Positions 19,494 to 29,334 of a DNA stretch of 64,000 nucleotides are shown one piece after another. The stretch is from Anaerolineae bacterium (GTDB lineage Bacteria; Chloroflexota; Anaerolineae; UBA1429). The translations under genes were made by a program, and so were the position numbers. The stretch covers positions 2,368,001-2,432,000 of the forward strand of contig OY776562.1 in NCBI GenBank assembly GCA_963675785.1, in the 5' to 3' direction. The notes beneath the pieces were generated by a model. That model was not told where the DNA came from. It ran no database searches and was given only the letters and a program-made list of their open reading frames with translations. Position 1 is the stretch's first letter, and the number at the start of each line of letters is the position of its first letter.

Positions 19494-21335
19494 TCAGTCA
19501 GCGCTCTCACCAGCCATGAGCAGATCGTACAGCGCGTCGGCAGTGAAATACCCGGTGTTGGCAAAAACCAAGGTCATGGGGTGATCATAAACATCATAGC
19601 TCTCGTCAGCACGCCCGATGACCAAGCCGTTCTGACGCTCTTGTTCAATCAGTTCAGGCAAAGCCAAGTCCGTGCCCGTAAAAGTATCGTTGATCAGGTC
19701 AAGGCCGAATAAGGATGGGTAGCTTGATGCAGTATAGACGAGTTCATAGCCCAACTGTTCCGCAAAAAGCTGCTGATAGTAATTCGTAGTCAGCGGATAG
19801 CGCTCGGGCAGACGCGTGATGGTGGCATATAGGCGCTGGCTGGACAAGATCACATAGTCGGCGGAGGCCAGCTTTTCGGCCAATTCGGCCATTTTTTCTT
19901 CCGAATCCACGCCATAGGAATCAAAGCTGATCCATTGCACCCATTTGGTTGTGTCCCAGCCATCCACTCGCGTGACGGGCAAATTGTCATCCCAGGTCTC
20001 GCAGATCACTATTGATCCACGGGGCGCATCCTCTGAGAACCACAGCGAGGTTTGCACCCAGGTATGGGGCTCGTCATAAATGCCCAGATAGGCACAAGTA
20101 TAGAGGCCGCTGCCACTCAAAACGAGAACCAGCAGTGCACCACCTGCCGTATGCCAATGACCACGTTGCTTTAGGCAACGCTCGATGAGCATGGCTGCCC
20201 AGATAGACCACACGGGAAAGATGGGTAGCATATAACGCAAAAATCGCGCCTGCATCCTGCCAATGATGGCGAAATAGATGAGCGTCCAAGCAAAGAGGAT
20301 GATCGTGCCAACCTCAAAGGTGTGTTCACGGCGCCAGTCGCGCAGAGCCGCAATCGCCTCTCCGATACCGCCAACAAGGGCTGCCAGCCCCAGGGCTATC
20401 CCTGTCGACCAGACTACCGCCTGCTGTAACTGATACCAATAGGCGGTGGTACCCAAGAACTGGCGCGTATAGGGCACATCGATCAAGCCGCTGGCCATGC
20501 CGGATTCAAAAGTGACGTCGATGATAAAGGCGCCAATATCGATCAGGGCATAGGGTTCGATGATGAGAAAGATGACTATGCCAACGAGGACGGTCATTGC
20601 TGACAAGGAAATAGCCTGCCAAAGCCGCAGCCAAAAGCGATTTCCGGTTCCTTCAATAGACGCCAGGAAAAAACCAAGAAAGATGCAAACGCCAATGGGA
20701 GCCGCCGAAAGCTTGGTGGCCATAGTCATGCCCAAAACAACGCCAATCAACGCAGCCCGCTTAGCGGAGGGAGCTTCTGACGCCCAGAGGATGAGATAAA
20801 AGAGGAGTACAAGAAAAGTGGTGAGCAATGTATCCACAGTATAGAAATGGGCCAGCTGTACGTGGAGCACCGTCAGTGCCGTCAGTGCCGCAGCAATGAG
20901 GCCCACATTGGCGCTCCTTAGCTTTTTACCCAACACGTACACCCAAAAGACAGTCAGTGTGTCCGCCAAAGCCGAGATGATCCGCCCTACGAGATAGGGC
21001 TCGACCTCATAGTTGAACCATGCGCCGATGGGCGTTATCACATCAATGGCAATACGTAGCAAATAAACGGGCAGCGAGCCGTAGGAGAAGAAATCAGGGT
21101 TCCAGGGACTGTCCGCGCTCAGAAGGAGCTGCAAGTCCAGTGGCCAGGGGAAAGAGAGGTCATCCACCACCATGAGCAATTGGCGCTCATCTGGGTGAAA
21201 CTGGAGGCCATTATCCCAGTTGACGCCGTAGAGACGCACACACAGGGCACACACCAAAATGGCAGCCAGGGCCCATTTTTGCCAGTAGGCCGCTGGCTGG
21301 TCCTTTGCGTAGGAACGTGTCGCTTTGTCAGTCAC
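19494..21335 (-). CDS. PMT/ArnT-like GT-C glycosyltransferase; stand-alone paralog of the N-terminal module of the 2349-aa protein
   Basis: [40 protein letters not shown] each match module A; GTG start overlaps the lepA stop (GTGA). Confidence 0.85.
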   Translation of the reverse strand: MTDKATRSYAKDQPAAYWQKWALAAILVCALCVRLYGVNWDNGLQFHPDERQLLMVVDDLSFPWPLDLQLLLSADSPWNPDFFSYGSLPVYLLRIAIDVITPIGAWFNYEVEPYLVGRIISALADTLTVFWVYVLGKKLRSANVGLIAAALTALTVLHVQLAHFYTVDTLLTTFLVLLFYLILWASEAPSAKRAALIGVVLGMTMATKLSAAPIGVCIFLGFFLASIEGTGNRFWLRLWQAISLSAMTVLVGIVIFLIIEPYALIDIGAFIIDVTFESGMASGLIDVPYTRQFLGTTAYWYQLQQAVVWSTGIALGLAALVGGIGEAIAALRDWRREHTFEVGTIILFAWTLIYFAIIGRMQARFLRYMLPIFPVWSIWAAMLIERCLKQRGHWHTAGGALLVLVLSGSGLYTCAYLGIYDEPHTWVQTSLWFSEDAPRGSIVICETWDDNLPVTRVDGWDTTKWVQWISFDSYGVDSEEKMAELAEKLASADYVILSSQRLYATITRLPERYPLTTNYYQQLFAEQLGYELVYTASSYPSLFGLDLINDTFTGTDLALPELIEQERQNGLVIGRADESYDVYDHPMTLVFANTGYFTADALYDLLMAGESAD

Positions 21336-23152
21336 GACTCGTCAAGAGAGAGAACGGCCATAAACGCCTCTTGCGGGATTTCGACCTTGCCGATGCGCTT
21401 GAGCCGACGCTTGCCGGCTTTTTGTTTCTCCAAAAGCTTGCGCTTGCGGGTAATGTCGCCACCATAGCACTTGGCCAGCACATCTTTGCGCGTGGCCGAT
21501 ACTGTAGAGCGAGCAATGATTCGCGAGCCAATAGCCGCCTGAATGGGCACGGCAAAAAGCTGCTGTGGTATAACTGCCTTGAGCCTCCGCACAAGCAAAC
21601 TCCCCTTGTTATAAGCCATCTCGCGGTGCACAATCATCGAGAGTGCATCCACTGGCTCACTGTTGACCAGCACATCCATCTTGACCAGATCGCTGGTGCG
21701 ATAGCCACCAAAGACATAATCCATGGAGGCGTATCCGCGTGATCGTGATTTGAGCTGATCATGAAAATCGATAATGATTTCGGACAAGGGGATATCAAAA
21801 GTCATTAGTACACGAAGTTCATCGAGAAACTCCATCTCGCCAAACTCGCCACGACGATTGGTAGCCAGCTCCATTAGCGGCCCAATATATTCCTTGGGCG
21901 AAAAGATAGAGAGCTTCATCCAGGGCTCACGGATTTCGTCAATCTCGCTGGCATCCGGCAGTTCAGCAGGGTTATCGATTTCGATCAATTCACCACTCGT
22001 GCGCAGCACCTGGTATTCTACACTCGGTGCAGTGGCCAACAGGTCAAGATCATATTCACGCTCCAGGCGCTCCTGCACAATCTCCATATGCAGTAACCCC
22101 AAAAAGCCGCAACGAAAACCAAGGTTCAGCGCCACCGATGATTCCGGCTGAAAGACTAGCGAGGCATCGTTGAGCTGCAACTTTTCGAGCGAGTCGCGCA
22201 GATCCTGATAGTCGTCGTTTTCAATGGGATAGAGACCGGCATAGACCATCGGCTTGGCCGGCTTGAAGCCAGGGAGCGGCTCATGGGCAGGATTTGCCGC
22301 CAAAGTGATGGTATCGCCAACGCGGCACTCTCGCACGTTCTTTAGGCCCGTGGCAATATATCCCACCTCGCCAGCGTGCAACGCATCCACCTTGCGCATA
22401 TCTGGCGAGAACACGCCCACCTCCATGGGTTCGATCTCAACTTGCGTCGACATGATCAAACCGAGGTCATCGGCCGTATACACACCGCTGATAACGCGCA
22501 CATAGGCTATCACGCCGCGATACGAATCATAGTGGGAATCAAAGACCAGTGCGCGCATGGGTTCGTCATCAACAAGCACGGGGGGCTTGATGCGCTGCAC
22601 AATGGCCTCCAGTACCGCCTCGACGCCCATCCCGGATTTTGCCGAAACCTGAAGTGCATCCTCGGCTGGAATGCCGAAAAGCTCTTCAATCTCTTCGGCA
22701 ACCTCGTCTGGCCGTGCAGAAGGCAGGTCGATTTTGTTGACCACCGGGATGATATCAAGATCGTGCTCCAGCGCCAGATAGAGGTTGGCCAGAGTCTGCG
22801 CCTCAACGCCCTGGGTTGCATCCACCACCAGAATCGCGCCTTCACAAGCCGAGAGAGCGTGCGAGACTTCATAGGAAAAATCGACATGCCCTGGCGTATC
22901 GATCAAGTTCAATTCGTATTGTTGGCCGTCGCTGGCATCATAAAACATACGGACTGCCTTGCTCTTGATCGTAATACCCTTTTCGCGCTCCAGGTCCATG
23001 CGGTCGAGAACCTGCTCTGACATGTCGCGTTCGGCAATGGTGCCCGTTAGCTGCAGCAGGCGGTCTGACAATGTAGATTTACCGTGATCGATGTGCGCAA
23101 TGATACAGAAATTGCGTATCCGTCCGGTCGTTCCAAATTCATTCGCGGTCAT
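21332..23152 (-). CDS. lepA: Translation elongation factor 4 (LepA)
   Basis: [25 protein letters not shown]-terminal [18 protein letters not shown]. Confidence 0.98.
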   Translation of the reverse strand: MTANEFGTTGRIRNFCIIAHIDHGKSTLSDRLLQLTGTIAERDMSEQVLDRMDLEREKGITIKSKAVRMFYDASDGQQYELNLIDTPGHVDFSYEVSHALSACEGAILVVDATQGVEAQTLANLYLALEHDLDIIPVVNKIDLPSARPDEVAEEIEELFGIPAEDALQVSAKSGMGVEAVLEAIVQRIKPPVLVDDEPMRALVFDSHYDSYRGVIAYVRVISGVYTADDLGLIMSTQVEIEPMEVGVFSPDMRKVDALHAGEVGYIATGLKNVRECRVGDTITLAANPAHEPLPGFKPAKPMVYAGLYPIENDDYQDLRDSLEKLQLNDASLVFQPESSVALNLGFRCGFLGLLHMEIVQERLEREYDLDLLATAPSVEYQVLRTSGELIEIDNPAELPDASEIDEIREPWMKLSIFSPKEYIGPLMELATNRRGEFGEMEFLDELRVLMTFDIPLSEIIIDFHDQLKSRSRGYASMDYVFGGYRTSDLVKMDVLVNSEPVDALSMIVHREMAYNKGSLLVRRLKAVIPQQLFAVPIQAAIGSRIIARSTVSATRKDVLAKCYGGDITRKRKLLEKQKAGKRRLKRIGKVEIPQEAFMAVLSLDES

Positions 23153-23183
23153 TATCTATACTCCCAAGGGCAAACAGGAACAT

Positions 23184-23239
23184 TTTGTTGGATGACGATT
23201 CCCAACAAACTACCCCTGACAAGTATACATCAGGGGTAG
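23184..23239. promoter_or_regulatory. Two tandem inverted repeats upstream of lepA; TATACT (minus) lies in the loop of the second
   Basis: TTTGTTGG..CCAACAAA (23184-23209) and CTACCCCTGA..TCAGGGGTAG (23210-23239). Confidence 0.45.
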
Positions 23240-23270
23240 GCAGGGTCGAAACTGTGTAGGATTGTACGTG

Positions 23271-24398
23271 CTAGGAAAGGCGGGCCTTCATAATCTCCAT
23301 AGCCAATTCGGGAGTGGCTCCTCGCTCTGTGGTGCGCAGATTAAAGTAACGGAATACGTCGCGTAAAATGGCCGCCAGAGGCACGCCCAAAAGCATCCCC
23401 CAGATGCCGCTCACTTCTGCGCCTACTACCACAATGACCATGACCACTGCGGGGTGGAACTTGACAGCATTTCCCTGAATTTTGGGCAACAACAGTAGAT
23501 TCTCTGCCTGCTGTACGATGAAAAAGACGACGCCCACCCAGAGCACCTTTAGCAGATCGCCACTGGCCAAAGCAATGATTAGCGGCAGCAGCGCACCGAG
23601 GTAGGGGCCAAGATAGGGGATGATATCTAGGATGCCGGCCACACTACCCAGCAACAACGCGGGCTCAATCCCCAGAATGAGCAAACCAATGGTAGAACCA
23701 ATAGCAATCGAGAGACATAGTACGATCTGACCACGCACATAAGAAGACAGCAATCTGTCTACAATCTGGACCACCGCCCGCACATCAGCACGGGCCTTGT
23801 CAGGGATCAATTCATAAAAACTCTCTGTAAAACGCTTTTGATCGTTTAGAATATAGAATCCCCAAAAAGGTACAATGACAAGACCAATAACAAAACCCAC
23901 TGTACTGAATAACGTTTTGGCAGTGGCTTCGAGGCCTGCAGAAGCCGAGTCGATGATCTGATTGAATAGGTTTTCTACATTCGTCTCGATAGCCGTACTT
24001 AATTCGGGAGGCACCTTCTCTAGCCATTGGGGGAGGTCATGGGTGATGACGCGCTGCACGCTCTCAATCCAGCCAGGGATCTCTTCTACAAAACTCGCCC
24101 CCTGCTCACGGAAAAGCGGCACAAACACGGTTAGCACACCAGCGACTAGCCCGAGCAAAAGGATGTAAACCAACACAACTGCCAGTGTGCGTGCTACTCT
24201 CTTGCCACGCCAAAAGCGAGGTGCGTGCGCCTCTAACCAATCTACAATGGGCATTAACACATAGATCAAGATGCTTCCCAGGAAAAAGGGCACCAGCGCC
24301 GCTGCCCCGCGGATGAGAATCCAGAGCAGGATAATGCCAAAAACGGTATAGAGAATAACCCGGTTGCGCGTTCTGCTGTCATAAAACCAATCAAACAC
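23271..24398 (-). CDS. AI-2E family (UPF0118/PerM) permease
   Basis: YVRGQ, IPYLGP, QQAENLLLLPKI.G, HP, G.WGMLLGVP motifs; GTG start at 24398 with GGAGG SD. Confidence 0.9.
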   Translation of the reverse strand: MFDWFYDSRTRNRVILYTVFGIILLWILIRGAAALVPFFLGSILIYVLMPIVDWLEAHAPRFWRGKRVARTLAVVLVYILLLGLVAGVLTVFVPLFREQGASFVEEIPGWIESVQRVITHDLPQWLEKVPPELSTAIETNVENLFNQIIDSASAGLEATAKTLFSTVGFVIGLVIVPFWGFYILNDQKRFTESFYELIPDKARADVRAVVQIVDRLLSSYVRGQIVLCLSIAIGSTIGLLILGIEPALLLGSVAGILDIIPYLGPYLGALLPLIIALASGDLLKVLWVGVVFFIVQQAENLLLLPKIQGNAVKFHPAVVMVIVVVGAEVSGIWGMLLGVPLAAILRDVFRYFNLRTTERGATPELAMEIMKARLS

Positions 24399-25185
24399 GA
24401 GAACCTCCTGCACCAGCAACTATCTCTTGGATGTCTTGTTGCCAATCACCCAGCGCCGGCCTATTCCACCTCAACCAGACAAAAAACTCGACATTGCCCT
24501 TGGGGCCAGTAATAGGAGAGCGGCAAAGACCATTATAATGCCAGCCAGACTCTACTGCCCATGAAATAACACTCTCAAGTACCCGACGATGCGTATCTGA
24601 ATCACGAATTACACCATCTTCGGAGAATTCTCGCTCTGCTTCAAACTGAGGTTTGATCAGGGCGACCAGATCGCCTCCCTCATCAGCAAACCAGCCTGTA
24701 ATAGGGGGAAACAAAGCCTTGAGCGAAATAAACGAAGCATCGATCACAACCAAATCGACGGGCTCGGGCAGATTCTCCAGGTAACGCGCATTGGTACGAT
24801 CCATCACCACTACGCGGGGATCACTACGCACAGACCAGGCCAGTTGGCCGTAGCCCACATCAATAGCATAGACGCGAGCGGCGCCATGCTGAAGCAAACA
24901 ATCGGTAAAGCCACCGGTAGAAGCCCCAACATCGGCGGCGATGCGTCCCTCGACGCAAATGCCTAACAAGTCCATCGCTCCAGCCAGCTTGATGCCGCCA
25001 CGACTGACATACTGGCGCAACTCGGCCAACTGGATATCGGCATCCAAGGGAACACGCGTTTCAGAGGTAACAAAGCCCATACCGGGCACCGATACCTCGC
25101 CAGCCATGATGATTCGACGAGCTTGATCAATATCCGAGACGAGATCTCGCAGTACAAGAAATTCGTCCAAGCGAATTTGTTTCAT
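24391..25185 (-). CDS. tlyA: TlyA-family rRNA 2'-O-methyltransferase
   Basis: S4-like RLD start, YVSRGGIKL, DVGASTGGFTD, DVGYGQL, LIKPQFE, SPITG.KGN.EF. Confidence 0.95.
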   Translation of the reverse strand: MKQIRLDEFLVLRDLVSDIDQARRIIMAGEVSVPGMGFVTSETRVPLDADIQLAELRQYVSRGGIKLAGAMDLLGICVEGRIAADVGASTGGFTDCLLQHGAARVYAIDVGYGQLAWSVRSDPRVVVMDRTNARYLENLPEPVDLVVIDASFISLKALFPPITGWFADEGGDLVALIKPQFEAEREFSEDGVIRDSDTHRRVLESVISWAVESGWHYNGLCRSPITGPKGNVEFFVWLRWNRPALGDWQQDIQEIVAGAGGSRV

Positions 25186-25192
25186 AAGATTT

Positions 25193-25221
25193 AACCTATC
25201 GAAGTAGAGCGCATGTGTCAA
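25193..25221 (-). promoter_or_regulatory. tlyA promoter TTGACA-17-TAGGTT, likely leaderless
   Basis: -10 ends 7 nt before the ATG at 25185; no SD present. Confidence 0.55.
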
Positions 25222-25234
25222 CCTGCAAGCCATC

Positions 25235-25263
25235 TTGACGATATAATGCCCCCCCACTAGTAT
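25235..25263 (+). promoter_or_regulatory. Promoter TTGACG-17-TAGTAT for the GH63-like gene
   Basis: Divergent from the tlyA promoter; consensus-like hexamers. Confidence 0.45.
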
Positions 25264-25334
25264 AGTGCAGATTAGGTATGGAGTATCGGCTGTATTTTGC
25301 CAAGCCTTCATTCAGTGAAAACGGAGTGAAACCG

Positions 25335-26543
25335 ATGACGGATATGCCGTCTAGAGAACAAATTCTTGAAAAGGCTCGTCTGGTGCGACAGCGCATCCAT
25401 GATGTGCACATCAAGCAGTTCCCCGACCAACCCGGGCCTGTGTTTCTGATCTCAAACGCCTACCCCGGTGTATGGCTAGAGCACGTATACGACGCCATCA
25501 GCTTTGCCCGGCTAGAGCCTGCCATGGCGCACATCGCCCGCAATCAGGTGCTTCTTTTTCTACGCAATCAAAAGCCTGATGGACGGCTGCCTTTTCAGGT
25601 AATCGATATGAGCAATCCGAGGAGCAATCATTACAAAGAGGCTGTAGGGTACAATCAGATACAGGAATGCGTATCCTTTGCTCGATTATGCCTAGAAGCC
25701 GCCCAACTGACCGGGGATCGGGCCCTTTTAGAAGAAGCATACGCTGGTTGTGCTAAATGGGATGACTGGCAGTGCCAGAATCGCATGACGCTAAATACCG
25801 GCCTTATCGAGCTTTTTTGTTTATACGATACCGGCCATGATCATAGTGCGCGTTTGGATGGTATCCCCGTCAAGTGTCCCGACGACGAGGGACGCGTGTG
25901 TGCGGACCATCCTGCATTGCCGATTCTCGCGCCAGATATGAATGCCGTGTTTTATGGTTCGCGCAAAGCCCTGGCCGAAATGGCCGAACTGCTCGGAAAA
26001 CCAGATGAGGCCGCACAGTGGTGGCAAAAGGCCGAAACAGTTAAACAGGCAATGCTGGCGCGGCTGTACGATGCGCAAGACGAGTTCTTTTATGATGCGG
26101 ACAAAAATGGCAATCATCGCAAGTTCCGCAGCATCCACATCTCTAACGTCCTATCAGAGCGGGTACCGGATGAGGAGATGGCTCAGCGCATCTACGAACG
26201 CCACATGAAGAACCCAAAAGAGTTCTGGACGCCTTACCCCTTCCCTTCGATGTCGATCTCTGACCCTGGCTCCAAGCAGGATCGTGACGGCAACAGCTGG
26301 GGCTTTTACTCGCAGGGCCTAACAACACTGCGAGCCATGCGCTGGATGGATGACTATGGTCATGGTGACGATCTCGAGTACCTGATGTCGCGCTGGGTCA
26401 AGGCGTTCACTGAATCGCAAGAAATGAACTTTTCGCAAGAACTGCATCCTATCACTGGAAAACTGTCGCGCAGCTCGGAATGGTATTCTAGTTCGATGCT
26501 GGTTTTCCTTCACGCCATCAGACGATTGGGATATGAATCATAA
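25335..26543 (+). CDS. (alpha/alpha)6 glycoside hydrolase, GH63/MGH1/trehalase-like
   Basis: DTGHDHSAR (cf. ESG.DNSPR), PDMNA, FWTPYPFPSMS, FSQELHP.TG; no signal peptide; ATG at 25335 with GGAG SD. Confidence 0.7.
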   Translation: MTDMPSREQILEKARLVRQRIHDVHIKQFPDQPGPVFLISNAYPGVWLEHVYDAISFARLEPAMAHIARNQVLLFLRNQKPDGRLPFQVIDMSNPRSNHYKEAVGYNQIQECVSFARLCLEAAQLTGDRALLEEAYAGCAKWDDWQCQNRMTLNTGLIELFCLYDTGHDHSARLDGIPVKCPDDEGRVCADHPALPILAPDMNAVFYGSRKALAEMAELLGKPDEAAQWWQKAETVKQAMLARLYDAQDEFFYDADKNGNHRKFRSIHISNVLSERVPDEEMAQRIYERHMKNPKEFWTPYPFPSMSISDPGSKQDRDGNSWGFYSQGLTTLRAMRWMDDYGHGDDLEYLMSRWVKAFTESQEMNFSQELHPITGKLSRSSEWYSSSMLVFLHAIRRLGYES

Positions 26544-26591
26544 CCTTATCGTCAAGGTTTTGCCACCAGCAGCAACTGATCAACGCAAACC

Positions 26592-26620
26592 TTGACGATA
26601 CCACACCCTCTCGCTACTAT
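26592..26620 (+). promoter_or_regulatory. Promoter TTGACG-17-TACTAT for the ubiA-like gene
   Basis: 28 nt upstream of the GTG start, with AAGGAG SD between. Confidence 0.6.
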
Positions 26621-26648
26621 TGGGTAATCTACATACAAGGAGCCAAGG

Positions 26649-27521
26649 GTGCATCCGCTACTCAAAACCATGCGGCCCAAGCAATGGGCCAAGAACGTTT
26701 TTGTTTTTGCCGGCTTGTTCTTTGACGGCAAGTTACTCAATCTCAAGAGTGTTGCTCTATCTGTGGCCGCATTCGCCGTTTTCTGCTGCGTTTCTAGTGC
26801 TATTTACCTGGTGAATGATCTCGCAGATATTGAACAAGACAGATTGCACCCCAAAAAACGCTTTCGACCACTTGCCGCCGGTACGCTTAAACAATCCACA
26901 GCTCGCATTGCTGCCGTCGTATTGTTGGTTGTTGCACTGGCAGGCAGCCTGGCCATTTCTACAACATTTGCTATCGTCGTGGCACTCTATGCCGTCATTA
27001 TGTTGCTCTACAGCTTGCGCCTCAAGCATGTGGTCATCATTGATGTACTCATCGTCGCTACGGGATTTGTGCTGCGCGTTTGGGGCGGTGCTGTTGTGGT
27101 GCAAGTAGCGCGATTTTCTCCGTGGTTGTACGTTTGCACCACGCTGCTAGCACTATTTATCGCCGTCAGCAAACGACGTAATGAACTCATCACCCTGGGA
27201 GAAGATGCAGGCGATCATCGTGCTGTGCTCAATGGTTACACTCTCGGTTATATCGATACACTCACCTCGATCATCATCTCTACGACTTTGGCAGCCTATT
27301 CCTTTTATACTTTCAGTGCGCCCAATCTGCCAGATAACCACGCCATGATGCTCACCATCCCCTTTGTACTCTATGGGTTGATGCGCTACATGTACCTGGT
27401 TTATGTCAAAGAGATGGGGGGCGCCCCTGAAGAGATCGCCTTATCGGACAGGCCATTGATCATCTGCATCATTCTGTGGATGCTCACTGCCGGTATCGTC
27501 ATCTATCCAAGCCTTATCTAG
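26649..27521 (+). CDS. UbiA-family polyprenyl-phosphate phosphoribosyltransferase (DPPR synthase, Rv3806c-like)
   Basis: RPKQWAKN, YLVNDLADIEQDRLHPKK.RPLAAG, LKH...DV, KRRNE, R.VL..Y, RY motifs. Confidence 0.88.
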   Translation: MHPLLKTMRPKQWAKNVFVFAGLFFDGKLLNLKSVALSVAAFAVFCCVSSAIYLVNDLADIEQDRLHPKKRFRPLAAGTLKQSTARIAAVVLLVVALAGSLAISTTFAIVVALYAVIMLLYSLRLKHVVIIDVLIVATGFVLRVWGGAVVVQVARFSPWLYVCTTLLALFIAVSKRRNELITLGEDAGDHRAVLNGYTLGYIDTLTSIIISTTLAAYSFYTFSAPNLPDNHAMMLTIPFVLYGLMRYMYLVYVKEMGGAPEEIALSDRPLIICIILWMLTAGIVIYPSLI

Positions 27522-27553
27522 CCTAACTGCTAGAACACGGGCATATAAACAAG

Positions 27554-27585
27554 ACGAGCTATGCGAGGATTCTCGCATAGCTCGT
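27554..27585. terminator. Intrinsic terminator between convergent ubiA-like and rpsI
   Basis: Perfect 14-bp stem ACGAGCTATGCGAG-GATT-CTCGCATAGCTCGT; U-rich tail on minus strand. Confidence 0.8.
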
Positions 27586-27608
27586 TGATATTCCGGATCC
27601 AAGCCGGA

Positions 27609-28001
27609 TTAACGCTTGGTATACTGCGGCGCCTTACGTGCGCGCTTGAGACCGGCCTTCTTGCGTTCCTTGGCACGCGGATCGCGCGTCAAAAAGCCAG
27701 CTCGCTTGAGTGCCGGGCGGAACTCGGGATCTGCCTCCAGCAACGCTCGTGCGACACCATGGCGGATAGCTTCGGTCTGGCCAGTTACACCGCCGCCGGC
27801 CACAACAACCGAGATGGTGAATTTGCCATCCACTTCAACCAGGCGAAGCGGAGCCAAAGCAACATCCAAATCGCCCTCGCGAGAAAAGAACTCTTCAGCG
27901 GGCTTGCCGTTTACTACAAAAGCACCGTCGCCAGGGTAAAGGCGTACACGCGCTACTGAAGACTTGCGGCGGCCCGTGCCATAAAAATACCTAGAAGCCA
28001 A
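27609..28001 (-). CDS. rpsI: 30S ribosomal protein S9
   Basis: GTGRRKSSVARV, RKAPQYTKR; TTG start. Confidence 0.98.
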   Translation of the reverse strand: MASRYFYGTGRRKSSVARVRLYPGDGAFVVNGKPAEEFFSREGDLDVALAPLRLVEVDGKFTISVVVAGGGVTGQTEAIRHGVARALLEADPEFRPALKRAGFLTRDPRAKERKKAGLKRARKAPQYTKR

Positions 28002-28047
28002 TGGAATCCTCCTTTAACGATCCGGCATTCTGGTCAGCCTTGGCCGC

Positions 28048-28476
28048 CTAGAGAGCCAGTTCCTTGGGCTGCTGGGCCGCATGGGGATGCGACTCGCCGG
28101 CATATATCTTGAGTTTCTTGATCATCTGACGACCAAGTTTGTTCTTGGGCAGCATACCCTGTACGGCGTGCTCAATAACACGCTCAGGGTGCGTTGCCAG
28201 CATAGTCTCTAGCGTGGTCTCGGTCAACCCACCGGGATACCCGCTGTAACGATAGTACTTTTTGCTGGCCAACTTGTTACCAGTCACTGCAACTTTGTCG
28301 GCGTTGATAACGACAACAAAATCTCCCGTGTCCATGCTAGGGGTAAAGATGGGCTTGTGCTTGCCGCGAAGAATCTGAGCAATCCCAGTCGCCAGGCGAC
28401 CAAGAGTTTTACCTTCGGCGTCCACCACATACCACTCTCGCACAATATCTGACGGCTTGGCAGAGTATGTCTTCAC
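28048..28476 (-). CDS. rplM: 50S ribosomal protein L13
   Basis: [26 protein letters not shown]. Confidence 0.98.
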   Translation of the reverse strand: MKTYSAKPSDIVREWYVVDAEGKTLGRLATGIAQILRGKHKPIFTPSMDTGDFVVVINADKVAVTGNKLASKKYYRYSGYPGGLTETTLETMLATHPERVIEHAVQGMLPKNKLGRQMIKKLKIYAGESHPHAAQQPKELAL

Positions 28477-28543
28477 GTTCCGGAACTCCTTAATCCAACA
28501 CTCGGTGAGCTTGGCTCACACAACCACTGCTGCGCGGTCAGCG

Positions 28544-29314
28544 CTAATCAGCAGTCCCATGGTCATCATAACACACATGCCACAGAATCAGCCCTTGCGG
28601 AGGCGCGGGTGGCGCCGACTCGTTGATGTCCTTCTGTAGCAGTAACTCGTCAATTCGGGATACTGGCCAATCGCCAAGCCCGACCTGAACGAGTGCTCCA
28701 ACAATCCGTCTGACCATGCCTCGCAAAAAGCCCGATCCCTCAATGGTAAAAGTAACCTGGGCATTTGCAGCATTCGCTTGGCACAGAGCGTGATCGATAC
28801 GGCGTATTGTGCTAAAGCCCGAAGTAGGCTGACCGAAACCAGCAAAATCGTGCTCTCCGAGCAGGCTTTGTGCCGCCACATTCATGGCGTCCACATCCAG
28901 CTCGGCGCGTACTCGCCACATGTAACGCTCTCGGAGCGGATCGCGAATTGTAGAGCTATACAAACTGTAAACGTACGTTCGCGACGTTGCACTGTAACGG
29001 GCATGGAACCTGGGATCACAGATAGCCAAATCACGAAATGAAACTGCTGGATCGACTACCGCATTCAGTGCACGTTGCAATTCGCAAGTATCATGACGCC
29101 AGATTAAATCAAAAGTGATAACCTGGCCTCTGGCGTGTACTCCTGTATCGGTGCGGCCTGCGCCCGCAATACGAACTTGCTGGCCAGAGACCTGGCGGAT
29201 CGCATTCTCAATCTCACCCTGCACTGTCAAAAGGTCACGCTGATACTGAAAGCCATAAAACGTCGTCCCATCATAGGCGACGATTGAGCGGTACCTCTTG
29301 GAATCATCCATCAT
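28544..29314 (-). CDS. truA: tRNA pseudouridine(38-40) synthase
   Basis: AYDGT.FYGFQ, GAGRTDTGVHARGQ, FLRGMVR. Confidence 0.97.
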   Translation of the reverse strand: MMDDSKRYRSIVAYDGTTFYGFQYQRDLLTVQGEIENAIRQVSGQQVRIAGAGRTDTGVHARGQVITFDLIWRHDTCELQRALNAVVDPAVSFRDLAICDPRFHARYSATSRTYVYSLYSSTIRDPLRERYMWRVRAELDVDAMNVAAQSLLGEHDFAGFGQPTSGFSTIRRIDHALCQANAANAQVTFTIEGSGFLRGMVRRIVGALVQVGLGDWPVSRIDELLLQKDINESAPPAPPQGLILWHVCYDDHGTAD

Positions 29315-29334
29315 GCACCGCCCGAACAGTCGAG

